Assembly: GCA_964401115.1 (NCBI GenBank)
Contig: CAYNXD010000052.1
Span: 14-64,013, forward strand
Source: an uncultured Candidatus Poseidoniales archaeon
Lineage (GTDB): Archaea; Thermoplasmatota; Poseidoniia; Poseidoniales; Thalassarchaeaceae
Direction of reading: 5' to 3'
Length of the DNA: 64,000 nt
How positions within the stretch are numbered: the first letter of the stretch is position 1; the number at the start of each line of letters is the position of its first letter. Under the pieces are notes generated by a model. The model saw only the letters and a program-made list of their open reading frames with translations, did not search any database and had not been told where the DNA came from. A program made the translations under genes and the position numbers. Shown in pieces: positions 9,507 to 19,697 of this stretch.

Positions 9507-11048
9507 TCATGGAAAACTACGACTAATTGATAAAAATGGATTATATGGATCAAAAGAATCTGATTGAGAAATTGAATGAGCTGTTAAATGCAGACCTGCT
9601 TTTTCGCCAACCGCTGCTGCAATCACAGCCACCTTTTCATCACCACATGAAGACCATCCGTCGGGCCATTCCCTCTCAATAAAATCGGTGGTTGTTGCAC
9701 CAGATGCAAATTGCGGATTGGTTATCACATCCTTAAGGAATTCAATGTTAGTAGTGACCCCTAGAACTATGAAATCACTCAAGGCACGACGCATTCTTTC
9801 AATTGCGGAATCTCTATCAGATGCATGAACTATCAATTTTGCCAGCATTGGGTCGAATTCAATTCCTGCTTTATCCCCCTCCCTAACACCGGAGTCAAGA
9901 CGAATTCCTGGACCTTCAGGTGGCCTCCAAATTCTCAGCGGGCCCGTTGCAGGCAGGAAACCATTAGCTGCATCCTCGGAGTAAATTCTCGCCTCAATCG
10001 CCCACCCCCTAGGGGTAACTTGCTCTTGAGAAATGCTCAAGGGCAGGCCTGCGGCTATTCTCAATTGCTCTTGAACTAAATCAACTCCTGTAATGAATTC
10101 AGTTACAGGGTGTTCCACCTGTAGCCTAGTATTCATCTCCAGGAAGAAAAATTCATTGCCCGATTGAAGAAATTCAACTGTACCTGCACCGACATAGTTA
10201 ACTGCTCTTGCAGCGCTTATCGCCGCCTCCCCCATAGCATTACGTAATTCAGGAGTTATTGCAACGCTTGGTGCTTCTTCTATTACCTTCTGATGCCTTC
10301 GCTGAATACTACACTCACGCTCAAGAAGGTGTATTGCGCCTCCATGAGTGTCGCAGAGGAGTTGGATCTCAATATGACGCGGCGCAACGATTCTTCTCTC
10401 AATGTATACAGTATCATCACCAAATGAAGACAGTGCTTCTCGCTGTGCTGCGAGATATGATGACTCTAATTGTCCTGGAGAATCGACTTCCCTCATCCCT
10501 TTACCACCCCCTCCTGCAGAGGCCTTTAACAAAACAGGATAACCAATATCACCAGCCAACTGATGAAGTTCATTCACGGTCTCGGAGAGTGAGTTTCCTG
10601 ACGCCAACTCTGCGCCAGGAACGAGAGGCACTTCTGCATCAAGCATTAGACGTCGAGAACGAACTTTATCTCCCATGGAATCTATCGCCTTTGCAGGTGG
10701 CCCTATCCAAATTATGCCATTTGCCCCGACTAATTCAGCAAAATCAGACCTTTCAGAAAGAAATCCGTACCCTGGATGAAGCGCATCTGCACCAGACGAA
10801 ATACATGCATTGATAATCGCAGTATGTGAAAGATAAGTGGATGAAAGATCGGTCCCCTCAAGATGAACTGAATCATCAGCTAAATCTACATGCATTGCAT
10901 CTATATCTGAATCATTGAAAATTGCAACAGTAGCAAGACCCATTTCCTTACATCCTCGAATTATTCGACATGCAATTTCACCCCTGTTAGCAATCAACAC
11001 CTTACTGAACTTGAATGGAGCTTCAGAAATCCATACAGGGAGAGTCAT
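9507..11048 (-). CDS. Biotin carboxylase subunit (probably 3-methylcrotonyl-CoA carboxylase alpha, BC part)
   Basis: LIANRGEIA, HPGYGFLSE, GGGGKGMR, ERECSIQRRHQK, EMNTRLQVEHPVTE. Confidence 0.93.
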   Translation of the reverse strand: MTLPVWISEAPFKFSKVLIANRGEIACRIIRGCKEMGLATVAIFNDSDIDAMHVDLADDSVHLEGTDLSSTYLSHTAIINACISSGADALHPGYGFLSERSDFAELVGANGIIWIGPPAKAIDSMGDKVRSRRLMLDAEVPLVPGAELASGNSLSETVNELHQLAGDIGYPVLLKASAGGGGKGMREVDSPGQLESSYLAAQREALSSFGDDTVYIERRIVAPRHIEIQLLCDTHGGAIHLLERECSIQRRHQKVIEEAPSVAITPELRNAMGEAAISAARAVNYVGAGTVEFLQSGNEFFFLEMNTRLQVEHPVTEFITGVDLVQEQLRIAAGLPLSISQEQVTPRGWAIEARIYSEDAANGFLPATGPLRIWRPPEGPGIRLDSGVREGDKAGIEFDPMLAKLIVHASDRDSAIERMRRALSDFIVLGVTTNIEFLKDVITNPQFASGATTTDFIEREWPDGWSSCGDEKVAVIAAAVGEKAGLHLTAHSISQSDSFDPYNPFLSISRSFP

Positions 11049-11053
11049 TTATT

Positions 11054-11935
11054 TCACTCCTCATTCCAATTTGGCGAGCGCTTCTCTAGGAACGAGGCAA
11101 GGCCTTCTTGACCCTCTTCAGAACCACGCATCGCGCTTGTCTTGTCAAGAGTCCATGTCCGCAACTCTTCGTCAGTACCGGACCACCTGTCAAATGTGAG
11201 TGTTAGTTTCTTAGCCTCTGCAACCGCCATTGGTCCAGTCGTCAATACTTCATCAATTACCTTTTGGATTTCTCCTTCACTTACAGGGAAGGGCCTGTCA
11301 TCTTCCACCCAATAGGAATTGATGAGACCAACATGCTTTGCCTCAGCCTCACCTATTCGGCCTGCTAACATTGAAAGACGACGAAATTCGGCACTACCAA
11401 CTTTCCTGTAAACGTAAGGCCCAATGACTGCAGGTAAGATACCTAACTTTCCTTCAGACAATGCTATTTTGATATGTTGTCCTGAACCAATAACGTGATC
11501 GAGGCAGGCAATAAGACCAACCCCCCCTCCGAGAGCAACCCCCTGAACCTTGCCTATTGTGAAACATGGGTGGGACCAGAGGCTGCTGAACAACCTATCA
11601 AGTCTTTCCGAATCAGCACGGTTCTCTTCCGGACTCTTTGCACCGGCATCCCGCATCATATTGATGTCCGCGCCTGCACAGAAATGTTTGCCTGCCCCCC
11701 TCAATACTATGACCCTGAAATAAGGTTGTCCAGATGCATCTTTGAGATTTCCACGCTCACCAACTGAACGCTCTCTAGTCCAATCCAATATAGAGATGAT
11801 TTCACTAATGAGTTGAATATTTAGTGCATTATACACATCTTCACGCTTTAGTGTCAAGTGACCAATTGGCCCCTCAATTCTAAGAGAGCAAAGACTCGTT
11901 TCTGGCTTCGAATCTCCAATTGCATAATTTGACAT
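11054..11935 (-). CDS. Crotonase-family enoyl-CoA hydratase, probably methylglutaconyl-CoA hydratase (LiuC-like)
   Basis: HFCAGADINMM, ALGGGVGL, LSEGKLGILPAVIGPY, EGQEGLASFLEKRSP; lies between carboxylase subunits; ATG 11935 follows AAGGAG. Confidence 0.85.
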   Translation of the reverse strand: MSNYAIGDSKPETSLCSLRIEGPIGHLTLKREDVYNALNIQLISEIISILDWTRERSVGERGNLKDASGQPYFRVIVLRGAGKHFCAGADINMMRDAGAKSPEENRADSERLDRLFSSLWSHPCFTIGKVQGVALGGGVGLIACLDHVIGSGQHIKIALSEGKLGILPAVIGPYVYRKVGSAEFRRLSMLAGRIGEAEAKHVGLINSYWVEDDRPFPVSEGEIQKVIDEVLTTGPMAVAEAKKLTLTFDRWSGTDEELRTWTLDKTSAMRGSEEGQEGLASFLEKRSPNWNEE

Positions 11936-11949
11936 CTCAATTGCTCCTT

Positions 11950-13560
11950 TCACATTCTGAAAATTCCATATTCTGTATCTGGTAGTGGTGCATTTAATGC
12001 TGCTGAAATACTCAAACCTAACACATCACGTGTATCCCTAGGATCAATGATACCATCATCCCAAATTCTAGCAGTAGCATAGTATGGAGATCCTTCGGTA
12101 TCATATTTTTCAAGAATTGGCCTCTGGAACTCATCCAATTCTTCACCTTCCATAGGTGACTTTCCTTCCCTTGCCCTCTGATCCTGTTTTACAGTAGTCA
12201 AAACACTAGATGCCTGAGGGCCACCCATTACTGAAATTCTAGAGTTCGGCCACATGAATAGGAACCGAGGGTCGTACCCCCTACCACACATAGCATAGTT
12301 CCCGGCACCGTGAGAACCACCGATAATTACTGTGAATTTCGGTACTGGGGCACAAGCTACCGCTGTAACCATCTTTGCACCGTCTTTAGCAATCCCACCT
12401 GCTTCATATTCACTACCTACCATAAATCCAGTAATATTCTGTAAGAAGATTAGTGGGGTTCCTCTCTGACCACATAACTCAACAAAATGTGCTGCCTTCA
12501 ATGCGGATTCACTAAACAGAATTCCATTATTTGCAATGATTCCAACAGGGTATCCATGAATTCTTGCAAATCCACAAACTATTGTTGTCCCGTAACGTGA
12601 CTTGAATTCATGGAAGCGAGAACCATCTACAATCCTTGCTATTACTTCCCTAACATCGTACGGCATACGGTTGTCATTTGGAATAATTCCCAACAATTCT
12701 TCAGAATCATAATGAGGAGGTTCGGGGGTGGTAATATCTAGTGCAACTTTGTATGGAGGCGGGAGGTTCTCGACAATATTTCTTACAATTCTAAGTGCTT
12801 CTTCTTCGTCTTCGGCAAAATGATCTGCAACACCTGACTTAACTGTATGAATCTCTGCACCACCAAGTTCCTCAGCAGTCACCTCTTCCCCTGTTGCAGC
12901 TTTGACCAATGGGGGGCCACCTAGGAAAATTGTACCATTACCCTTCACAATGATTGATTCATCACTCATAGCAGGCACATAAGCACCCCCTGCGGTGCAT
13001 GAACCCAAAACTGCGGATATTTGTGGAATGCCTTTCCCACTCATTACTGCTTGATTGAAGAATATCCTTCCGAAGTGCTCCCTGTCTGGAAAAACTTCAT
13101 CCTGCATAGGTAGGAATGCGCCGCCTGAATCAACCAAATATATGCACGGCAGATGGTTCTGCTCGGCTATTTTCTGAGCCCTGATATGTTTTTTTACAGT
13201 TGTTGGGTAGTAAGACCCCCCTTTGATTGTGGCATCGTTAGCAACAAACATACATTCTCTACCATGGACCATTCCAATCCCTGTAATTACTCCAGCACTA
13301 TGCGCATTCCCATCATAGAGCCCGTTTGCTGCAAGTGTGCTCAACTCAAGAAATGCCGTCCCAGCGTCACAAATGGCAGATATTCTCTCTCTAGCCAACA
13401 TTTTTCCGCGACTGCGGTGGCGCGCAACGTATTTGCCACCGCCACCCTGCTGAACCGTCTCTATTCGGCCCTTCAGCGCTGCAATTAGCGCCTTGTTTTC
13501 CTCTAGATTAGCATCATATTGTTCATCGCCAGAACGCACCGAAGTAGGTAGTCTATCCAT
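11950..13560 (-). CDS. Carboxyltransferase beta subunit, 3-methylcrotonyl-CoA carboxylase type (LiuB/MccB-like)
   Basis: [52 protein letters not shown]-terminal YGIFRM; start moved to ATG 13560. Confidence 0.9.
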   Translation of the reverse strand: MDRLPTSVRSGDEQYDANLEENKALIAALKGRIETVQQGGGGKYVARHRSRGKMLARERISAICDAGTAFLELSTLAANGLYDGNAHSAGVITGIGMVHGRECMFVANDATIKGGSYYPTTVKKHIRAQKIAEQNHLPCIYLVDSGGAFLPMQDEVFPDREHFGRIFFNQAVMSGKGIPQISAVLGSCTAGGAYVPAMSDESIIVKGNGTIFLGGPPLVKAATGEEVTAEELGGAEIHTVKSGVADHFAEDEEEALRIVRNIVENLPPPYKVALDITTPEPPHYDSEELLGIIPNDNRMPYDVREVIARIVDGSRFHEFKSRYGTTIVCGFARIHGYPVGIIANNGILFSESALKAAHFVELCGQRGTPLIFLQNITGFMVGSEYEAGGIAKDGAKMVTAVACAPVPKFTVIIGGSHGAGNYAMCGRGYDPRFLFMWPNSRISVMGGPQASSVLTTVKQDQRAREGKSPMEGEELDEFQRPILEKYDTEGSPYYATARIWDDGIIDPRDTRDVLGLSISAALNAPLPDTEYGIFRM

Positions 13561-13607
13561 GTCGACCCATAGGGTCGAAAACAAACAGGTGCTTGAACGG
13601 TGCGGCT

Positions 13608-14933
13608 TCAAACACCCAACATTAGCCTTCCTAAGTCCCTTAAGCCTGGAGCCAAACCAACTGTTAGTAAACCAAGAACAACAAGTAGTCGCAAGTGAGA
13701 TTGTCGTTGTTCAAATCTCCATTCTGCAAAGAATAATACAATTACAAATGCCAAAAACATCTTCACAACTAAAAATCCCCAACCACCTCCGGCACCACTC
13801 TCAGTACCTCCTGCTAATTCCATTACAAAGGCTGAAAGAACATGCTTCTCGGAATATCCGAAAACATCAACCCCCACCCAAGAGGCAAAACCATCTACAA
13901 GTTGTCCATAAACCGCAAGCAAAACTATTGGTGTTGAAAAGGCAGCACTACGAACCAATTTCTCATAATCTTCATGTTCATCGCCCTCAAAACTCTCCCA
14001 CTGCTCTAAAGTTACCCCTTCATCAAGAATTCCTGGGATCTGCCCTTTTTCAGTTAAGAAAGAATATGCTTCCTTTCCACGATGATGTAGCATGGAAACA
14101 AACAAAATTGGAAAGGCAAGGACGACCAATGCCGGCCATAATACCAATTCATCCGTACTGGATTGTATTTCGGCAAATTGTAGCAATTTTGCTGTGACTA
14201 AAAGACATGCACCAATACCAGACAAAAGTATGCTGAGCTCCAACACCCCCCAGTCTGCAATTTTTTGTTTCAAAGTTAAAACATCTGATTCAAATAAGAA
14301 ATAGCAAATTAGTGGAACCATCACAAATAACCCCACATTTTGAGCTGAGGTGAATTCGTAAAACAAAAATAAATGGCTGGAAATAATGATTACTAGAGTG
14401 AGTAATGGAACTAGCAATTTATTTTCCGGGCCTCGACCCCAATTTTTCATTAAATAAACAATAATCCCCGACAACACGATCCAACCTGCTGTTTGAAAAT
14501 GGATTAATGGTGATACAAATAAGGAATCAACATCCGATGGGAAAAGTCGAGCGTCCTCAGCTACTTCCACCAATACTGCCCAAAGTACCCAAGGCAATAA
14601 TGAGTAAAGCATTCTTTCATTGTCCGAAACCCCCAACTCCCGCAACCACGCAGAAAGTGAGACAATGAAAGCAACGAGAAGTATGGAGTAAGCGGCAGTA
14701 TCTACTGGATTGTAACTTGAATCACCACCACCCTCGCCTAGAATTGGCTCTACAAAGTTCAAATCGACTATGTCCCAAATAAACCAAAAGTCCGCATAAA
14801 GACCCAAAAGATATCCAATTCCCGGTAAAGAAAGACCTATACCTATAATTGTAAAAGCCACTAATTCATAATTAGCAAAATTACCGAGTGAATAATTCTT
14901 AGGTGGAGATTCGCCATCGGACATTTCCATCAA
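13608..14933 (-). CDS. Polytopic membrane protein, DUF63-like
   Basis: [30 protein letters not shown]...YSEKHVLS and GLAPGLRD motifs recalled as typical of archaeal DUF63. Confidence 0.75.
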   Translation of the reverse strand: MMEMSDGESPPKNYSLGNFANYELVAFTIIGIGLSLPGIGYLLGLYADFWFIWDIVDLNFVEPILGEGGGDSSYNPVDTAAYSILLVAFIVSLSAWLRELGVSDNERMLYSLLPWVLWAVLVEVAEDARLFPSDVDSLFVSPLIHFQTAGWIVLSGIIVYLMKNWGRGPENKLLVPLLTLVIIISSHLFLFYEFTSAQNVGLFVMVPLICYFLFESDVLTLKQKIADWGVLELSILLSGIGACLLVTAKLLQFAEIQSSTDELVLWPALVVLAFPILFVSMLHHRGKEAYSFLTEKGQIPGILDEGVTLEQWESFEGDEHEDYEKLVRSAAFSTPIVLLAVYGQLVDGFASWVGVDVFGYSEKHVLSAFVMELAGGTESGAGGGWGFLVVKMFLAFVIVLFFAEWRFEQRQSHLRLLVVLGLLTVGLAPGLRDLGRLMLGV

Positions 14934-14961
14934 ATCACCAAGGATATTCTAGCTAAAGAAT

Positions 14962-15684
14962 TCACTCCTCTTCACTAGATTCTTCGTCATCCTCTTCATT
15001 TGCTTCACGGAAGGGATGTACATCTCTGAATGTAATTGTTCTAGCACCCACACTATCACGTAGAGAACGAATGAGTTGGAACTTTGCCATACCCCATGAT
15101 TGATCGTATCCTATAAATTCTGGTACTTTAATATCTACATCATCTCCATCAAATGAAACTTCAAAATCATCTGAGCCGGTCGTCATTTTTAGAAGAGTTG
15201 TTACCATTTCTTCCCTATCCTCAACCACCTTAGTGATTCTGTAATTATAACGAAGAGTTTTGCCGGCCAACTCATGGTTGAAATCGATACGAGCACGCCC
15301 AGCACGGAACATCACGAGAGTACCCTTACGATCACCTATTTGCACTGAGCCACCAACTTGAAGATTGTCAGGATCACGTACTTGACGTGCCAATTGCTGC
15401 GGCCCAAAATATTCTACAAGATTTGCATCACGTAATCCGTAACCCTGTTCTGGAGGAATATCGATGTCATAATCTGTATCTACTTCTGCTTCGGCTAAAC
15501 TATCTTCAAAACCTGCAATTAGCCGACCTTCGCCAATAGTGACGCATAATGGTTCGTAATTCCGATCCTCGACATGTGAGTCATTTGACTTGGCAATTTC
15601 CTCACGCGTGGTTTCGATTAAATCTCCAGATTCAGCATCAAACAGGTCGTAATCAATGTAGACAATTGTTCCTTCTTCCATCAT
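14962..15684 (-). CDS. Archaeal long-type FKBP peptidyl-prolyl isomerase/chaperone
   Basis: LIETT, GEGRLIAGFE, IPPEQGYG, IDFNHELAGKTL; acidic C-terminal tail. Confidence 0.92.
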   Translation of the reverse strand: MMEEGTIVYIDYDLFDAESGDLIETTREEIAKSNDSHVEDRNYEPLCVTIGEGRLIAGFEDSLAEAEVDTDYDIDIPPEQGYGLRDANLVEYFGPQQLARQVRDPDNLQVGGSVQIGDRKGTLVMFRAGRARIDFNHELAGKTLRYNYRITKVVEDREEMVTTLLKMTTGSDDFEVSFDGDDVDIKVPEFIGYDQSWGMAKFQLIRSLRDSVGARTITFRDVHPFREANEEDDEESSEEE

Positions 15685-15758
15685 TTACCACTCCACGCCC
15701 CTACGGGGCGAGCCGCCGACCGACTCTCCCTTTATCAGTGAGCCGGTAATTGTTAGAT

Positions 15759-18305
15759 TTACGTTGAAGGGGTTTTGCTATCCTTTTCCTTTGAGTATGA
15801 AGTAATCCAAATAGTGAATGATGAGAGTATTATCATAAGCCAGCCGGCCCAAACAAGATGACTACCGGGCAAGTGGTATACTGTTAGCCGGACTCTATCA
15901 AGTTCGACATCACCTGAAGACATATCAATTGAATCTGATGCGTTACCTAACTCTTGAGTTTGTGACCAATCAAATATGAATATTGTATCCCCGGTTAATG
16001 ATGAATAACGCGCCACCTCACTTCTTGGGAATCCATTAGAATCATCGAATCTGAGCATGCCTGGATTGACCACTTCAAGCAGATTACCCGCGCCGTCCCT
16101 AACTTCGATTTCCGCACCTAGAAAGCCGTCACCAACTTTGAATCGATCTACGAATGCCTCGTCGCTGGATGATAGCACGGTCCATTCAGTGAAGGTCAAA
16201 TGGAGGCCTTCATGAGATAATTCGTCTCCTTTTACCAGCACTACTTGATGACTAGGATCAGTTCTATCAACTAGAGTTGTTGTGAAGATATGTCCCACTA
16301 GCAGTAACATAATTCCGACATGAGCTGTGTGTGAAAGAGCACTGCGTAACTTAGCATTAGAATAGCCATCAATTGTTTTTCTAGTTAGGTCATATGCTAA
16401 TCTAATTAGAGAAGGTATTGCAACCACAATTAAAGGTAGCATTAGCCAAGCCACATCTCCACGAACAATTATTTCACTGAATTCAGAATTACTATCGCCA
16501 GCCAATGGAATATTGAGAACCGCACCTAAGGTGACACCAAGTAAAATGAATCCAGCTAAGAGGAAAGGTACGAACCTAGGTGGAACTGTTCCTTTCCAAG
16601 AATAAGTTGCAAGTCCTGCAGCCACAATCAGAATTAAGGGGCTACCGAACATCTCATGCATGCCTAATGATGCTCCATCAATGCTAGCCAGCATCAACAT
16701 CCAAGTCAGGGTAAGAAAAATCGCGCCTATGACCACTGGTGTATAGCGAGCAAGACGTAACTGGACTTTTCTAGTAGTAAATTTAGAAAGACGCTCCAAT
16801 AGTGGTTGTTCTTCTTCATCAGAACCCTGAGTTAATACTGGCCAAAGGAATATGAGCATAGCAATCCCTGCAATGCTAACTTCAATTAGGAAGGCATAGG
16901 TAGCCGTTAAAATAATTGTAATCCCAGTAATAGTCCAGACATTATCTGAATCATTTCTCACACTAGCCTTCAATAGCATCACGACACATAGAAGAAAACC
17001 CACCACATAATCCTCAATGAAATATGATAACAACAATATCGCAACCATTGAAAGTGACTTTTGGGTGTTGTCAAATAATTCTGGTAGGGTGTTTTTAGGT
17101 GGCCATAATAATACAATTAATGAGGTAGATGCAAATAATAGGATTGCTGCTGGAGGTAACAACTCTACCCAATTTTTCTCAGAACCCAATAAATCTATGG
17201 AAATGAAGCGGGATAAAGGGATTAATGGAAGCATGAATAAAGAATATTGGCTAATCTTGCGCCATCTTTTTTGATCACCAATATCACTTTGAGCAATTAT
17301 CAACCAAGCAACTGTGATAGATAATATGACAACCAAAGAGGCAAGATAAGTGGTTACTTCAGTACCAGCAATTCCTTGTCCTTGAAGTTCAATTAATCGG
17401 CCAATTGCGGAATCGCTTCTTCCATCTGTCTCATCACCAATAAACGCATGAACTGAAGCCCAAACTCCGTTTGCTCTTGTGACCATTGTCGCATGAATGG
17501 AAAACCAACCAGGAAGGATAGCTAGAGGGACTGCCCATTTTGAGGTGTCTTTAGCAGGATTAACTCGTAAGTGAAGAAGAAGAAGAAGACTGAGCCAAGG
17601 TAAAAGTGATGCCGTCTCGACAGGATCCCAAGCCCAGTACCCCCCCCAATCGAGGACTGTGTATGCCCATAAACCACCTAACCCAATACCAAGAGTACCT
17701 ACTGCAAACGCTGCCCTCGCTGATGGGAGAACATATTCTCGAACTTTCGTTCTCTCAGAAACTCCTTCTGTTAGGATAAATGCCAACGCCTTCAGCGTGA
17801 CTACCATACAAAGTGAATAATACAGAAAAACCAATGGTGGATGAATTACCATTAAATCGGTTTGTAACAAGGGATTCAATTCCCCACCCCAACTACTTTG
17901 TGCAAGCCTAAATGGGCGCATGATTAGCGCCAAAAGAAAGAGAGTTGAAATCACCCCATTGATTATTTTTCCGAATGTAATATCAGTTTCCTCATTTCCT
18001 TTATTTTGGAAAAATAATCCGCACAAGGCTAGAAAACCCGCCCATAGCAATGTGGGTCCTTCTCTACCACCCCATACTGCACTTATCCTATACAGTAGAG
18101 GCATTTCTCCACCACCATACAACCTAACAATATCAAAAGAAGTGGAATCTGATACAAAGAGAAATGTTAGAACAATAAAAGGTTGAATCTGAAGAATTAC
18201 TATGGCACGCTTGAGCCATTTTTTCAAGTCATTTGAAAGCTCCCCCCATGGTATGAAAAGGAATGCTATTGAAGATGCCAACGCAACCCAAAGGACCCAC
18301 TGCAT
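15759..18305 (-). CDS. ccmF: Cytochrome c biogenesis heme lyase CcmF-like
   Basis: WGGREG, LNPLLQ...HPP, WAYTVLDWGGYWAWDPVE (WWD motif), SVHAF, C-terminal HTAHVG; ATG 18305 preferred over TTG 18320. Confidence 0.88.
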   Translation of the reverse strand: MQWVLWVALASSIAFLFIPWGELSNDLKKWLKRAIVILQIQPFIVLTFLFVSDSTSFDIVRLYGGGEMPLLYRISAVWGGREGPTLLWAGFLALCGLFFQNKGNEETDITFGKIINGVISTLFLLALIMRPFRLAQSSWGGELNPLLQTDLMVIHPPLVFLYYSLCMVVTLKALAFILTEGVSERTKVREYVLPSARAAFAVGTLGIGLGGLWAYTVLDWGGYWAWDPVETASLLPWLSLLLLLHLRVNPAKDTSKWAVPLAILPGWFSIHATMVTRANGVWASVHAFIGDETDGRSDSAIGRLIELQGQGIAGTEVTTYLASLVVILSITVAWLIIAQSDIGDQKRWRKISQYSLFMLPLIPLSRFISIDLLGSEKNWVELLPPAAILLFASTSLIVLLWPPKNTLPELFDNTQKSLSMVAILLLSYFIEDYVVGFLLCVVMLLKASVRNDSDNVWTITGITIILTATYAFLIEVSIAGIAMLIFLWPVLTQGSDEEEQPLLERLSKFTTRKVQLRLARYTPVVIGAIFLTLTWMLMLASIDGASLGMHEMFGSPLILIVAAGLATYSWKGTVPPRFVPFLLAGFILLGVTLGAVLNIPLAGDSNSEFSEIIVRGDVAWLMLPLIVVAIPSLIRLAYDLTRKTIDGYSNAKLRSALSHTAHVGIMLLLVGHIFTTTLVDRTDPSHQVVLVKGDELSHEGLHLTFTEWTVLSSSDEAFVDRFKVGDGFLGAEIEVRDGAGNLLEVVNPGMLRFDDSNGFPRSEVARYSSLTGDTIFIFDWSQTQELGNASDSIDMSSGDVELDRVRLTVYHLPGSHLVWAGWLMIILSSFTIWITSYSKEKDSKTPST

Positions 18306-18369
18306 GAAGTGCGCGAACAAGGGCTAGGGGATTGGGATTTCGGCGCGAAAATAGGTTGGCGGATTTACT

Positions 18370-19605
18370 TTACCAACCGTAATGTTTGGCGCGGCTATAA
18401 CCAAATGCAAGCATCGCTGGAATTATTCGTTTGAAATAGAGGCTCGGCCTACGAAATAAAAGACGGACCCCCACCATAGCCTTACCTGAAATACCCATTT
18501 CAGACATCTCTTCGGGGAAGCAACCACCCATTGCAGACATGTCATCATCACTGAGTGAATAAAGAGCCGTCTTCCCACGCAATATTTTCTCATAAGGAGG
18601 GAATTCATTCTTCCAGCGAGTATGGTATATCGCTAAATTATCGGCGGAAGTGTCTCCTGATTCAATTGCTTCAGCAGCGGTCTGAGCTGCAAAGGATGCT
18701 GATTTCAATGCTAAATGAGACCCCCCTTCGAATAGAGGAGACGTGAAACCAGCAGCATCACCAACTAACATAATGCCATCAGCGTGAGTTACCTCATGTG
18801 GCCCAGAAATAGGGATTGTACCTCCAAATGCCGGGTTCCCCTTCTCCTTCCATGGGGGGAGAACCTGATCAAGTTCCTTGAAGTCTGTATTGTCAATGAA
18901 CTCGTCTAAGGCCTTCTTAGCCCTAGTTCTGTCCTCGGTAACAAGCCCTACGTTGGCACGTCCATCGCACTTTGGAATCATCCACAAGTACCCCTTCTCG
19001 GCGTACTCTGGCCAAATGTAGAAGTCTAGATATCCATCCGTGGGGACTTGTAGCAGTTCATACTGCATTCCTGCAATTACTTTGGGTCTTGGGTTAAGGT
19101 CAAGTAATTTAGAACACACTCCAGCAACACCCGATGCATCGATGACTATCTTTGTTTCAAATGGAAACATGTCTCCTTTTCCTTCACAACGCCATCCCAT
19201 GAATTTTCCATCAACATCTATTCGTTCCATCCCAGTGAGTTTGTGAGACAGATGGAGTGCCGCACCATTAGCAACGGCTTCTTCTGCAAGCCATTGTTCA
19301 AACAGATGTTTTTCCAACACATAACCTGGCTCACTGAGTTTCTTGGCAGTACCGTCTGGAAATAGAACTCTAATCCCATCAACATGGCGGGAAATCACCT
19401 CATCTGGTAACTCAAGATTCAGATTATTGACCGCTATATCTGAAATGCATTCACCACAATGTACTGGGGTACCTATTTCATCGTGATCTTCGATAATCGC
19501 CACTTTAAGACCACGACGAGCAGCGTGTAGGGCTGCGGAACCGCCACCGGGTCCAGCACCTATGACGAGAACATCGCATTCTGTCGCCCCTGCTTCCATA
19601 ACCAT
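18370..19605 (-). CDS. Geranylgeranyl reductase-family flavoprotein (DGGGPL reductase-like)
   Basis: VIGAGPGG FAD motif, PVHCGE, GYLWMIPK, LVGDAAG...PLFEGG. Confidence 0.88.
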   Translation of the reverse strand: MVMEAGATECDVLVIGAGPGGGSAALHAARRGLKVAIIEDHDEIGTPVHCGECISDIAVNNLNLELPDEVISRHVDGIRVLFPDGTAKKLSEPGYVLEKHLFEQWLAEEAVANGAALHLSHKLTGMERIDVDGKFMGWRCEGKGDMFPFETKIVIDASGVAGVCSKLLDLNPRPKVIAGMQYELLQVPTDGYLDFYIWPEYAEKGYLWMIPKCDGRANVGLVTEDRTRAKKALDEFIDNTDFKELDQVLPPWKEKGNPAFGGTIPISGPHEVTHADGIMLVGDAAGFTSPLFEGGSHLALKSASFAAQTAAEAIESGDTSADNLAIYHTRWKNEFPPYEKILRGKTALYSLSDDDMSAMGGCFPEEMSEMGISGKAMVGVRLLFRRPSLYFKRIIPAMLAFGYSRAKHYGW

Positions 19606-19697
19606 AGGTGGGACGGGGCCCGCTTCATGAATAACTCGGTTAATTTGAGAACACCGTCTTCCTTGATATTTGATATGTGAGAGCCCTTCGGAGGGGC

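Noticed and set aside
10259..10813. 184-aa plus-strand ORF
   Set aside because: Antisense shadow of biotin carboxylase; no motifs.
13493..14197. 234-aa plus-strand ORF
   Set aside because: Antisense to the DUF63-like and carboxyltransferase genes; composition typical of a shadow frame.
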